Source of the DNA: an uncultured archaeon | Lineage (GTDB): Archaea > Asgardarchaeota > Lokiarchaeia > Sigyniarchaeales > SOKP01 | Reading direction: 5' to 3' | DNA: 29,830 nucleotides | NCBI GenBank assembly: GCA_964632315.1 | Contig: CAZWEM010000053.1 | Coordinates: 1 to 29,830, forward strand | Shown here: in pieces, positions 1 through 9,231 of the stretch | How the letters are laid out: the number at the start of each line of letters is the position of its first letter | Numbering within the stretch: position 1 is the stretch's first letter | The notes under the pieces: model-generated | The model's input: only the letters and a program-made list of their open reading frames with translations | The model's database searches: none | Told to the model about the DNA's origin: nothing | Position numbers and translations under genes: made by a program

Positions 1-1
1 T

Positions 2-1228
2 AGCTACGAAACCTTTCATTCCAATATCTAACATCCTAATTGCCTTTTGAGCGACCTCCTCGAATGTTCTCCCAATAGCCATTACTTCACCAACAGATTT
101 CATCTGAGATCCGATTCTTCGGTCAACTCGGTGGAATTTCGTTAAATCCCATCTCGGAATTTTAAGTACTAAATAATCTAATGCAGGTTCAAAACAAGCT
201 GTAGTTATTCCTGTTATCTTATTCTTTAATTCTGGTAAGGTATATCCAATCGCAAGTTTAGCAGCAATATAGGCAAGAGGATATCCAGTTGCTTTTGAGG
301 CTAAAGCTGAGGATCTCGAAAGCCTCGCATTTACCTCAATTACCCGGAATTCTTTCGAGAAAGGATGAAGCGCATATTGTATATTACATTCCCCAATAAT
401 TCCAAGATTTCTAATCACCCGTATTGATGCTGAGCGTAACATGTGGTACTCTGCATTAGTTAAAGTTTGACTTGGAGCAATGACGATCGACTCTCCAGTA
501 TGGATTCCTACTGGATCAAAATTTTCCATATTACAATTAATAAAACAGTTATCATTAGCATCTCTAACGACCTCATATTCAATTTCTTTCCATCCTTTCA
601 CAGATTCTTCAATTAAAATCTGATTTATTCTAGATTGAGCTAACCCTTTTTTTGCCATTCTCTCGAAGTCCTTCATATTTTGTACTATCCCAGAACCTCG
701 TCCTCCAAGAGTATATGCGACACGGATCATTAAAGGAAATCCAATTTTTTCAGCGATTGAAAGTGCATCTTTATACGAGGTGACTGCTTTACTTTTACAG
801 ACCATTACATCGGATCGTTCCATTGCTTTAACAAATAAGTCTCTATCTTCTGTAACTTCTATTGCTTCAATGGGTGTTCCCAAAACCCTTATATCATATT
901 TCTCAAAAATGCCCGATTCTTTTAATTCTACACCCACATTTAATGCTGTTTGTCCACCAAAAGATAATAGGATACCATCCGGTCGCTCTTTTTTTATGAC
1001 TTCCTCAACATATTTCATGTTTAACGGAAGTAGGTAGACTTGATCTGATAGTTCAGGATCAGTTTGTATCGTGGCAATATTAGGATTGATTAATATTGTT
1101 TCAATTCCCTCTTCTTTTAAAGCTTTTAAGACTTGGCTCCCAGAATAATCAAATTCACCCGCTTGTCCTATTCGAATTCCACCAGAGCCAAGAACTAATG
1201 CTTTTTTAATGGAAGTGTCTAAAGGCAA
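2..1228 (-). CDS. carB: Carbamoyl-phosphate synthase large subunit, N-terminal part (runs off the window edge)
   Basis: Not in ORF track. Manual translation from TTG at 1228: [32 protein letters not shown]...GGQTALN...[12 protein letters not shown]...GIHTGES...[23 protein letters not shown]...[17 protein letters not shown], all hallmark CarB motifs. Directly downstream of carA. Confidence 0.97.
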   Translation of the reverse strand, partial: MPLDTSIKKALVLGSGGIRIGQAGEFDYSGSQVLKALKEEGIETILINPNIATIQTDPELSDQVYLLPLNMKYVEEVIKKERPDGILLSFGGQTALNVGVELKESGIFEKYDIRVLGTPIEAIEVTEDRDLFVKAMERSDVMVCKSKAVTSYKDALSIAEKIGFPLMIRVAYTLGGRGSGIVQNMKDFERMAKKGLAQSRINQILIEESVKGWKEIEYEVVRDANDNCFINCNMENFDPVGIHTGESIVIAPSQTLTNAEYHMLRSASIRVIRNLGIIGECNIQYALHPFSKEFRVIEVNARLSRSSALASKATGYPLAYIAAKLAIGYTLPELKNKITGITTACFEPALDYLVLKIPRWDLTKFHRVDRRIGSQMKSVGEVMAIGRTFEEVAQKAIRMLDIGMKGFVA

Positions 1229-1231
1229 GAA

Positions 1232-2365
1232 TCATACCCCCATCATTTCAATAAACTTATCAAATAGATAAATGGAATCTAAAGGTCCAGGAGACGCCTC
1301 TGGATGAAATTGTACCGCAAAGACCTTTTTGTGCTCGTGAATCAACCCTTCATTGGACCCATCATCAACATTTTTTAAAAATTCCTTAAAACCTCCCATT
1401 TCAAAGTTATCAACACAAAATCCATGATTTTGAGATGTAATAAAACACCTTTTAGTAAAGGGGTTGATTACGGTTTTATTCCCTCCTCTATGGCCATACT
1501 TTAACTTATAAGATGTTCCCCCTCCTGCTAATCCAATTATCTGATTACCTAAACAAATCCCCATAGTTGGAATGTCATTTTGGATTAACTTGCGAGTGAG
1601 TTCAATTGCATCTGTGTAAATTGCTGGATCACCGGGACCGTTTGAAATAAACACGCCGTTTGGATCTAAAGCCATAATTTGTTCAAAAGTAAAATGATGA
1701 GGTACTATTATTACTTCGAGATTTCGATCCACAAAATTACGTAAGATATTTAATTTAACTCCAAGATCAAGCACAACTACTTTTCCTCTATTACTATATG
1801 GATTATAATGGATTACTTCTCGAGTCGACACTTCACCAGCTAAATTTCTTAGATTAGGATCCTCTACTCTTCTTGCTTCTTCCTTTAGCTCTTCTATATT
1901 TGGTTCCTCTCCTGGGTTATATATCGCTAATAGCCCTAACTTTACCCCTTCCTCTCTCAAGATTTTAGTGATTGCTCGAGTATCAATCCATTCGATTCCA
2001 GGTACGTCCTCTTCTAAAAGGAATTCATTTAAAGTTTTGACGCTTTCATAATGACTGGGATTTTTACAACATTCATTTACGACAAGACCACTTAACTTGA
2101 TCGAATCAGATTCAAAGTATTTTAGGATACCAACTTGATCTTTTTCCCAAGAGGGGACACCGTAATTTCCGACTAATGGATGTGTCATTACCACGATTTG
2201 TCCTTTATAACTAGGATCGGTGAGAGTTTCATTATATCCAGCTCCTGTAATCGTTGTAAAGACTATTTCGCCATAAACCTTTTTAGTAGCTCCAAATCCA
2301 ATCCCCTCGAAATAACGACCGTCGCTAAACATCAAAATGGCTGGTCGTTCTTTTTTATATAACAT
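1232..2365 (-). CDS. carA: Carbamoyl-phosphate synthase small (glutaminase) subunit
   Basis: GEIVFTT, LTDPSYKGQI, GNYG, SNGPGDP, catalytic GICLG, YGHRGGN, SQNHGF and QFHPEASPGP motifs. Confidence 0.98.
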   Translation of the reverse strand: MLYKKERPAILMFSDGRYFEGIGFGATKKVYGEIVFTTITGAGYNETLTDPSYKGQIVVMTHPLVGNYGVPSWEKDQVGILKYFESDSIKLSGLVVNECCKNPSHYESVKTLNEFLLEEDVPGIEWIDTRAITKILREEGVKLGLLAIYNPGEEPNIEELKEEARRVEDPNLRNLAGEVSTREVIHYNPYSNRGKVVVLDLGVKLNILRNFVDRNLEVIIVPHHFTFEQIMALDPNGVFISNGPGDPAIYTDAIELTRKLIQNDIPTMGICLGNQIIGLAGGGTSYKLKYGHRGGNKTVINPFTKRCFITSQNHGFCVDNFEMGGFKEFLKNVDDGSNEGLIHEHKKVFAVQFHPEASPGPLDSIYLFDKFIEMMGV

Positions 2366-2503
2366 CGACGAAAATATTCTGATCCTTAGTATATTCTTAA
2401 CATATGCATAGCAATTTACAGTTTTTAAGCTTATTTATTAACTCCAGAATTAGAAAACTGACAAAATTTTTAAAAAAAAATAGAAAAATCAAGTTGAGGA
2501 AAT

Positions 2504-3556
2504 TTATTTTAACAAACTAGAAGTTGCTTTAATTCGCTTTTCAGCCGCAGATACAATCTCTTCAACTATATCATTTACTTTTTTTATGCTGTTGATGACT
2601 CCGATACTTTGTCCGAGTAATACAGCTCCAGATTGGATATCACCAGTATACGCAGCTTCATATGCTCTCCCTTCAGCGATGATATCTTCAGCTGTCATCT
2701 CAGATTCTTCAGCCATTTTTTCTGATTTATCTGCTACTAAACCATGATGGAGAGAGTATTCATTTTTCCATAAACGGATTGGTCCTAGTGCACCAGTAAC
2801 CAAGAGGGTATCTTGTGCTTTAGCTGGTGGAGCGATATTTTTATAAGTTGGATGAAATTCACTTTCCTCACTTGCTATGAACCTAGATCCCATCGCAATT
2901 GCTCCTGCTCCCAATGCGAGTGCTGCAGCAAGCCCTTCACCAGTTGCAAAACCTCCACAAGCAACGACTGGATAATCTGGATACTTTTCTATTACTTGTT
3001 GTAATACCACTAAGGTGCTTACTTTCTCGTAAGACTGATGTCCTCCACCTTCTCCACCAGTTACTACTAAACCATCAACATTAGATGCAACGCATTTATC
3101 AGCAAGCCATAATGCGGGTGCTACATGAAAATGTTTTATTTGGGAACCACTCTCTTTCAACTTCCTCCATGAGTTTGATTGTGGTAGTGATTTTGAAGAC
3201 CCGGCACTAGTAATAGCATATACACATTGTTCTTTTAATTTTTGATTATTTCGTATGAACTTTGGTATTTCTCTGATTAAACTTGGAGCGTGTGTTTCCC
3301 TCCTAGATGTTCTAATGTTAAAACCAAAAGGTTTATCTGTATGTTCTATAACTTTTAACATATTTTCCTTCATTATATTAACAGGATTCCTTCCATTTTC
3401 ATAATCACTAATTAAAGCTGAGTGACTTAACACACCCAAACCACCAGCTTCAGATAGAGCGATTGTTAACTCTGTTGTATAAAAAGGACCCATCGGTGCT
3501 GCAATAATAGGGTGCTTGATCCCAAGCATTTTTGTTATGTTAGTTTCAATTACCAT
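2504..3556 (-). CDS. Nitronate monooxygenase / FabK-like FMN-dependent oxidoreductase
   Basis: N-terminal ETNITKMLGIKHPIIAAPMG, SEAGGLG, GGEGGGH (catalytic His), VACGGF, LALGA-x4-MGSRF, and C-terminal GQSIG. Confidence 0.85.
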   Translation of the reverse strand: MVIETNITKMLGIKHPIIAAPMGPFYTTELTIALSEAGGLGVLSHSALISDYENGRNPVNIMKENMLKVIEHTDKPFGFNIRTSRRETHAPSLIREIPKFIRNNQKLKEQCVYAITSAGSSKSLPQSNSWRKLKESGSQIKHFHVAPALWLADKCVASNVDGLVVTGGEGGGHQSYEKVSTLVVLQQVIEKYPDYPVVACGGFATGEGLAAALALGAGAIAMGSRFIASEESEFHPTYKNIAPPAKAQDTLLVTGALGPIRLWKNEYSLHHGLVADKSEKMAEESEMTAEDIIAEGRAYEAAYTGDIQSGAVLLGQSIGVINSIKKVNDIVEEIVSAAEKRIKATSSLLK

Positions 3557-3754
3557 TGATTTTTCAACTCTTCTTTTAGAATATTTAGTTTTAAATTTAG
3601 ATTTTTAAATTAATTATAGCTATTAAATGTTGTAAAATCAATTTTACGTCAGTAATAGTAGCATGTATATTAACCCCCTTATACAATTAATAAAAAAAAA
3701 GATGAAAAAAATTAGACGTTAAAAATATTAAGATAAATGGAATAAAAACTAAAT

Positions 3755-4786
3755 ATGAGTATAGTATTCTATGGAGCAGGGGCTATTGGATCCAACCTAG
3801 CTGGTTGGTTGAGTGAGCATTATGATCCTGTATACTTGTTAGCAAGAGGAGAGAATGCCAATGCTATAAAATCAAGAGGTTTGATTCTGTATAAACTGGA
3901 AAGGAAAAATTCTAGAAATATTCCTATTAAAGTAATAACAGATTTAAACGAAATTAAACCGCCAGATTTTGTGGTTATAACAGTTAAAAACTATGATCTT
4001 GAAGAAGTTGCTCAAGATATTCATAAAAAATTAGGAGATAAACCAATTGTTATTGGTTTGCAAAATGGTATAGAAAATCAAAAAATATTGCCTAAATATT
4101 TTTCAAAGGCTGTCTTTGGCGTCATCATGTTTTCAGGTTGGTATGATGAACCAGGAATTTTCGGAAACCGAGGAAAGGGAGAAATTATATTGGGAACCCC
4201 AACTAATGAAAGGCAAGATGTAATAGAAAAAGTTAAGGATATCTTCATTTTAGGATTTCCTACAAAAATTTCTGAGCGATTTAATGATACAGTTCATTCT
4301 AAATTAATCTTGAACAATGCAAATTCGATTTTTACTTTGATTGATAATAGTACTTTAACCGATACGAAGAGTTACAAGATTGCACAATTATTTATTTACA
4401 CTTTTTTAGAGGGAATTGAAGTTTTAAAGAAAGCAGGATATAAGGAGTATAAATTAAATGGTTTCCCCTCTTGGAAATTACTCAAATTAGCTAAAAAAAT
4501 AGGAAAGGGGATATTACTTCGGGCTTTTAGTAATAGCATAAAATATGCATGGTTCAATAGCATGGCCCAGGATATGGTAATTCATAAAAGAGGGAAATCT
4601 GAAATTGACTCATTAACCGGTTATTTCATAGAATTAGCAGATAAGCATGGGGTTGAGGTTCCAATTAATAAAACTCTTTATAACCTTTGTAAAGAAGAAT
4701 TCAAAAAAATACCATTCAAACCGTTAGATGTCGATTTAGTAATTAAAAGAATTAATAAAAACTTAGAGAAACCTATTAATTTCTAA
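3755..4786 (+). CDS. Ketopantoate reductase (PanE/ApbA) family protein
   Basis: GAGAIG Rossmann motif, TVKNYD, LQNG, KLILN (catalytic Lys), SMAQD...SEID, HGVEVPIN. Confidence 0.85.
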   Translation: MSIVFYGAGAIGSNLAGWLSEHYDPVYLLARGENANAIKSRGLILYKLERKNSRNIPIKVITDLNEIKPPDFVVITVKNYDLEEVAQDIHKKLGDKPIVIGLQNGIENQKILPKYFSKAVFGVIMFSGWYDEPGIFGNRGKGEIILGTPTNERQDVIEKVKDIFILGFPTKISERFNDTVHSKLILNNANSIFTLIDNSTLTDTKSYKIAQLFIYTFLEGIEVLKKAGYKEYKLNGFPSWKLLKLAKKIGKGILLRAFSNSIKYAWFNSMAQDMVIHKRGKSEIDSLTGYFIELADKHGVEVPINKTLYNLCKEEFKKIPFKPLDVDLVIKRINKNLEKPINF

Positions 4787-4794
4787 CGAATTAA

Positions 4795-5349
4795 CTATTT
4801 CTTGGGCTTAAGAATAATAGCTGGTTTCGTTCTCTTGGAATAAATGAAGTTATCTGCTTCTTGGATGTCCCCATACTTCTCTTTTAAATGCGAAAGGCTT
4901 CCTGCATCAAGTGCATGTGTTCGACAAGCTTCTATGCAGATTGGTAATTTTTGTTCAAGAAATCTGTCTAAACAATAGTTACATTTAGACATTTTTGACC
5001 CCTTTTCTTCACTAAACTGAGGAGCATCATAGGGACATGCTTTTAGGCATTTTGAATCACAATCTATATTCCCCAAACATTTATTACTATTCACGATTAC
5101 TATCCCATCCTCTTCTCTTTTTGTGATTGCACCTACTGGGCACACCGGAATGCACACGGGATCTTCACAATGATAGCAGGGTTTGATTAGATAGCTTACG
5201 AAAACATCTGGAAACTTTCCAGTTTCATTATATTTTATTCTCATCCAATTAATAGAACCTGCGGGAATGTCATGCCAATCTTTACATGCTACGGCACAAG
5301 CAAAGCATCCTATGCAGCGAGTTTGATCAAAGTAAAATCCTACTTGCAA
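4795..5349 (-). CDS. dmsB: DmsB-like four-cluster [4Fe-4S] electron-transfer subunit
   Basis: GFYFDQTRCIGCFACAVACKDWH, CYHCEDPVCIPVCP, CLGNIDCDSKCLKACPYDAPQF, KCNYC...CIEAC. Start placed at TTG 5349 because GGAGG lies just upstream, overlapping the dmsA end (the track start is 5367). Confidence 0.88.
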   Translation of the reverse strand: MQVGFYFDQTRCIGCFACAVACKDWHDIPAGSINWMRIKYNETGKFPDVFVSYLIKPCYHCEDPVCIPVCPVGAITKREEDGIVIVNSNKCLGNIDCDSKCLKACPYDAPQFSEEKGSKMSKCNYCLDRFLEQKLPICIEACRTHALDAGSLSHLKEKYGDIQEADNFIYSKRTKPAIILKPKK

Positions 5350-5350
5350 T

Positions 5351-7576
5351 TCAAGCGCCTCCTTCAAACTTTTTCACTTCCACAAGACATGATTTCAAAG
5401 CTGAAGCTCCACCAGGAGAGTAAGCATCTTTAGTAAGCGTATTGACACATCCTCCTCGATCAATACCATTCTCGTCTGGATCATACCATGCTCCTTCGAA
5501 AATACAAATTACACCAGGAATAATTCTCTCAGTTAACCACGCTTTGATCATTAATTTACCCCGATCATTAAATACCAGAATTTCATCCTCATCTTTAATA
5601 TTTCTGGCTTCAGCATCAACCGGGTTAATCCACGCAACATGAGGCTCGACTTCTCTTAACCATTCAATCAAGAAAAGTTCAGAATGCACCCGATTTTTTG
5701 GATGAGGGGAGAGCAACTGTAAGGGATATTTTTCACTTAAGGGGTCGTATCTTCCTTCCCAGCGTTCCATATATTTTGGGATAGGAGGATTTTCTGGATC
5801 ATTTAAATCAGCAATTCTTTGCGAAAAGATTTCTATTTTACCCGACGGTGTTTTAAAAGGATTATTATCAGGATCTTCAACTTGTTTCTTAAAAGCAATA
5901 TAGGGTTCATCAAGTTTGAGCCTTTTTATTCCTGCATCTCTAAATTCATCGATCTTTCTAATATTTTTTCTTGAATCCTCACGCAATTTAATTAGAAACT
6001 TTAATGCTTGTAGCTCGTGGGGGTATTTTTGAAAATCATCTATTTCAAGTTTATCAGCTAATTCCTCCGCGATTCTCAAATCAGACTTGCACTCTCCAAG
6101 AGGTTCAATTGCTTTTTGATTACTAATAAAATAGGGGCCTGAAGGCCAAGGTCTCGTAAAATCGTTTTTTTCTGCTATACTTGTAACTGGGAGAATTATG
6201 TCTGCATATCTCGCAGTGGGAGTTAACCATAACTCGGAACACACCATATAATCGAGTTGTTTTAACGCATCAGCAGCTTTATTAGTATTTCCAAGTTGAT
6301 TTAAAAAGTTATTATTGACAAACCAGGCTAATTTGACATCAAAAGGATAACCACCCTTTTTTCCTTTCAATATGGCATCAAAAATCTTGTTTGTATGGCA
6401 TCTTGCTTGAAATCTTAATTGTAAATCCAATGACCCTCGGACTGATTTCAAACCTTCTTCAACAGGATTTCTTCCCGGAGGGGGTATTCTTGAAGAGAAA
6501 AACATGTGGCCATATGGAATTCCCATTAAACCTCCCGCTGCACTTCCTCCATGTCGTCCTACATTTCCTGTCATAACAGTTAAAGTCATAGCACAACGGT
6601 TATATAACTCTCCAACTGCACTTCGAGCAGGACCCTGGCAGTCCATAAGAGCTGCTGGTTTTGTTGTGGCATATTCTCGAGCAAGATTCCTAATCGTTTC
6701 TGCGGGGACTGTTGTTATACTTTCTGCCCATTCTGGTGTTTTTGGGATGCTATCCTCTTTACCCAAGACATATTCAGCGAACTTTTCAAACCCAACAGTA
6801 TATTTTGCTAAGAATTCCTTATCATGAAGTTGTTCCGTGATCATGATATAAGCCATTGCAACCATCATCGCAGTGTCAGTTCCTGGGACTATTGGTATCC
6901 ATTGATCTGCTAATATAACAGCAGAATCAGTATACCTTGGATCGATGCAAACAATTTTTATGCCTTTCTCCTTGGCTTTAACTAAGTTATAAATAGTATC
7001 CGAACCAGAAATCATCCTAGCTGGATCCCAACCCCACATAATGATCAGTTTAGAATTTAGCAGATCAGTACGGCTGTTTCCGACAAATGGTGAAGTATAT
7101 TGTGTTTGTGTCGCATAAACCGCGCCTTCACTGGATACATTGCCATAATGCGTTGAAAATCCACCAAATTGCGTGAAAAGTCTAATCATCGCAAACATTC
7201 CATCATGTAAAGCTCCAAGATAAGCTCCTCCAGCAGCTAAAAAGATACTTGAATTTCCATGGTTTTGTTTCACTTCTTTAAGCTTATCGGCGATTTCCGA
7301 TAATGCTTCATCCCAAGTAATTCGTTTGAATTTTCCAGAACCTTTAGGACCATCTCGTTTTAATGGATATTTCAATCTTTTTGGATGGTAAACATATTGC
7401 CTTAGTGCCCTGCATCTTAGACACGCCCTCAATTGCTCATCTTCGATTTCATAATCATCTGTTTCTACCCTAATTATTTTACCATCTTTCACATGAAGCC
7501 TAAGGGGACATCTACCACCACAATCAAAAGTGCTTGATGTCCTAACTATTTCTTCTTGATTTTCTGAATTTTGCAT
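5351..7576 (-). CDS. dmsA: DmsA-like Mo/W-bisPGD oxidoreductase catalytic subunit (Ser-ligand type, no Tat signal)
   Basis: CGGRCPLRLHV...RACLRC..RQYVYHPKRLKYPLKR, FKRITWDEA, HYGNVSS (aligns with the DmsA HYGDYSS Mo-ligand Ser), IDPRYTD, PGTDTA, TPSGKIEI, RVHS, WINPVDAEARNI, GAWY. Confidence 0.85.
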   Translation of the reverse strand: MQNSENQEEIVRTSSTFDCGGRCPLRLHVKDGKIIRVETDDYEIEDEQLRACLRCRALRQYVYHPKRLKYPLKRDGPKGSGKFKRITWDEALSEIADKLKEVKQNHGNSSIFLAAGGAYLGALHDGMFAMIRLFTQFGGFSTHYGNVSSEGAVYATQTQYTSPFVGNSRTDLLNSKLIIMWGWDPARMISGSDTIYNLVKAKEKGIKIVCIDPRYTDSAVILADQWIPIVPGTDTAMMVAMAYIMITEQLHDKEFLAKYTVGFEKFAEYVLGKEDSIPKTPEWAESITTVPAETIRNLAREYATTKPAALMDCQGPARSAVGELYNRCAMTLTVMTGNVGRHGGSAAGGLMGIPYGHMFFSSRIPPPGRNPVEEGLKSVRGSLDLQLRFQARCHTNKIFDAILKGKKGGYPFDVKLAWFVNNNFLNQLGNTNKAADALKQLDYMVCSELWLTPTARYADIILPVTSIAEKNDFTRPWPSGPYFISNQKAIEPLGECKSDLRIAEELADKLEIDDFQKYPHELQALKFLIKLREDSRKNIRKIDEFRDAGIKRLKLDEPYIAFKKQVEDPDNNPFKTPSGKIEIFSQRIADLNDPENPPIPKYMERWEGRYDPLSEKYPLQLLSPHPKNRVHSELFLIEWLREVEPHVAWINPVDAEARNIKDEDEILVFNDRGKLMIKAWLTERIIPGVICIFEGAWYDPDENGIDRGGCVNTLTKDAYSPGGASALKSCLVEVKKFEGGA

Positions 7577-7677
7577 CTAACGCATCTTAATTTTTATTCA
7601 TTAGCTTAATAAATTAATTTAATAAATAAAATTATTTTCGAATTATATTAATTATTAACAATAAGAAATAGTAAAAA

Positions 7678-8514
7678 TTGAGGAAAATTATGTACCTAAA
7701 CAAATATAATCATATAAAAGTTGAAAAAAACGATCAAAACAACTATTCTATAATCTCTATTAATAGACCTGACAAACTAAATGCACTAGCTACGGAAACT
7801 CTACAAGAGATCGCAGATGCTCTTGAAGCTATGGCGTTGAAGAAAGACATCAGATGCGTTGTTTTAAGAGGCACAAAAGATTTTACCAAAAAACCGGCAT
7901 TTTCTGCTGGAGCAGATTTGTCTTCTCGTGGTCATCAAGACCTCGACCCAAAAAACTTGATGGACCAAAGCTATGCAATGTACTTAAGGCATAAGTATTA
8001 TGACATAATCGAGAGATTTCCAAAACCTTTGATTGCCGCTGTAGATGGATATGCTTTAGGAGGAGGTTTTGAATTGGTATTGGTATGTGATATTGTCATA
8101 GCCTCTAAGAGATCAACATTTGGTTTTCCTGAGATAAATAGGGGAATCGCACCTTTCAATGGAGGAACTCAAAGATTAATTAGAAACCTTGGTAAAATAA
8201 GAGTGAAGAAGATGATCTTTTTTGGTGAACATTATAGTGCTGAAGATATGTATGAGTGGGGTTTAATCTCATATCTCGTTGACAATGAAAGTTTTGAGGA
8301 TTTCGTTGATGAAAAGGCTTCTTGGTTAGGGAATGCCCCCACTAAAAGCCTTTTTGTTATTAAAAAAGCTATAGATTATGGAACTCAATCGCCAATAAAC
8401 TTAGGGCTCCAATTTGAACATTTAGGATATGCTATAAATTCTCAATCCAAAGATGTAATGGAAGGTGTAACAGCTTTCTTAGAGAAGAGAACGCCCAAAT
8501 TTACTGGAGATTAA
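7678..8514 (+). CDS. Enoyl-CoA hydratase (crotonase family)
   Basis: NRPDKLNAL, AFSAGADL, GYALGGGFE and FGFPE (both catalytic Glu), GGTQRL, EGVTAFLEKRTPKF. ATG at 7690 is an alternative start. Confidence 0.92.
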   Translation: MRKIMYLNKYNHIKVEKNDQNNYSIISINRPDKLNALATETLQEIADALEAMALKKDIRCVVLRGTKDFTKKPAFSAGADLSSRGHQDLDPKNLMDQSYAMYLRHKYYDIIERFPKPLIAAVDGYALGGGFELVLVCDIVIASKRSTFGFPEINRGIAPFNGGTQRLIRNLGKIRVKKMIFFGEHYSAEDMYEWGLISYLVDNESFEDFVDEKASWLGNAPTKSLFVIKKAIDYGTQSPINLGLQFEHLGYAINSQSKDVMEGVTAFLEKRTPKFTGD

Positions 8515-8578
8515 AGTTAAACTGAAAAATTCAAAATAAAATTTATTCAAAAACTTTTTTATTTATTGATACTCAAAT

Positions 8579-9049
8579 TCATTTACTACGAGATTGGGGG
8601 TCCACAAATCCTTTTTCAATTTTTCTTAAAACATAGTTCCTAAATTGTTTGCTCGTGAAATTATGTCCTCCAAATTTTAAGAATTCTTCGATTTTCTTTC
8701 CTTCTTTATTATTTGTCTCTTCAATCTCCCGCATTGCCCGTTCAACCATAGTTCCTCCTAGCAATAGGCTAAACATAAAAAATGAAAGCATACCCGGATT
8801 TTTTTCTTTAATCTCTCCGTTATAAATTGCTTTTTGAATTAAACGAGTAGTCCCGTTTAAAAAAGCAAACGGTTTGTATTCTTTTTCATTTGGACCGATT
8901 TTATCTGAAGGAGGAGCACGTATGATGTGCATCATTCGAAAAGCCGAATAATCATTTTCTGCAAACTCGAAAAAGTGCTCAAAAATTCTGAGGAGTATCT
9001 CAATTTTAGTACCATTAAATTCCTTTATAATAGCTCGATTACCATCATT
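8579..9049 (-). pseudogene. Probable truncated TetR/AcrR-like regulator (C-terminal ligand-binding domain only) or small hypothetical protein
   Basis: The frame of the 118-aa track ORF stays open up to TAA at 9050-9052, adding NDGNRAIIKEFNGTKIEILLRIFEHFFEFAENDYSAFR. The helical pattern (..IFEHFFEFA..N...FRMM; LIQKAI..GEIK..NP..LSFFMFSLL.G) resembles TetR C-terminal domains. There is no HTH and no canonical start in the extension. Confidence 0.45.
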
Positions 9050-9104
9050 TTATACAAATTATTGAATATTCTGAATTTTTACTATTTAATTAATTCCAAC
9101 AATT

Positions 9105-9152
9105 AATTACTATAGTAATTTAAGCTTAAAAGTGATTATATGAATATTCATA
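9105..9152. promoter_or_regulatory. Cluster of three perfect palindromes in the divergent promoter upstream of abfD-1 (candidate operators)
   Basis: AATTACTATAGTAATT (9105-9120), TTTAAGCTTAAA (9119-9130), TATGAATATTCATA (9139-9152). Confidence 0.4.
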
Positions 9153-9231
9153 ATAATAGTAAAGATAAAGGTTATAAGAAATTTAATTTTCTTACAAACA
9201 AATAATTTTATATTTGATTGAGGCTTAAAAA

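Noticed and set aside
3632-3647. Inverted repeat GTAAAAT-CA-ATTTTAC in the divergent promoter between the NMO-like and ketopantoate reductase genes
   Set aside because: Almost entirely A/T, so expected by chance in this composition.
5351-7576. Selenocysteine recoding in the molybdoenzyme or other genes ending in TGA
   Set aside because: No internal in-frame TGA. The proteins are complete at their stops and the Mo ligand position is Ser.
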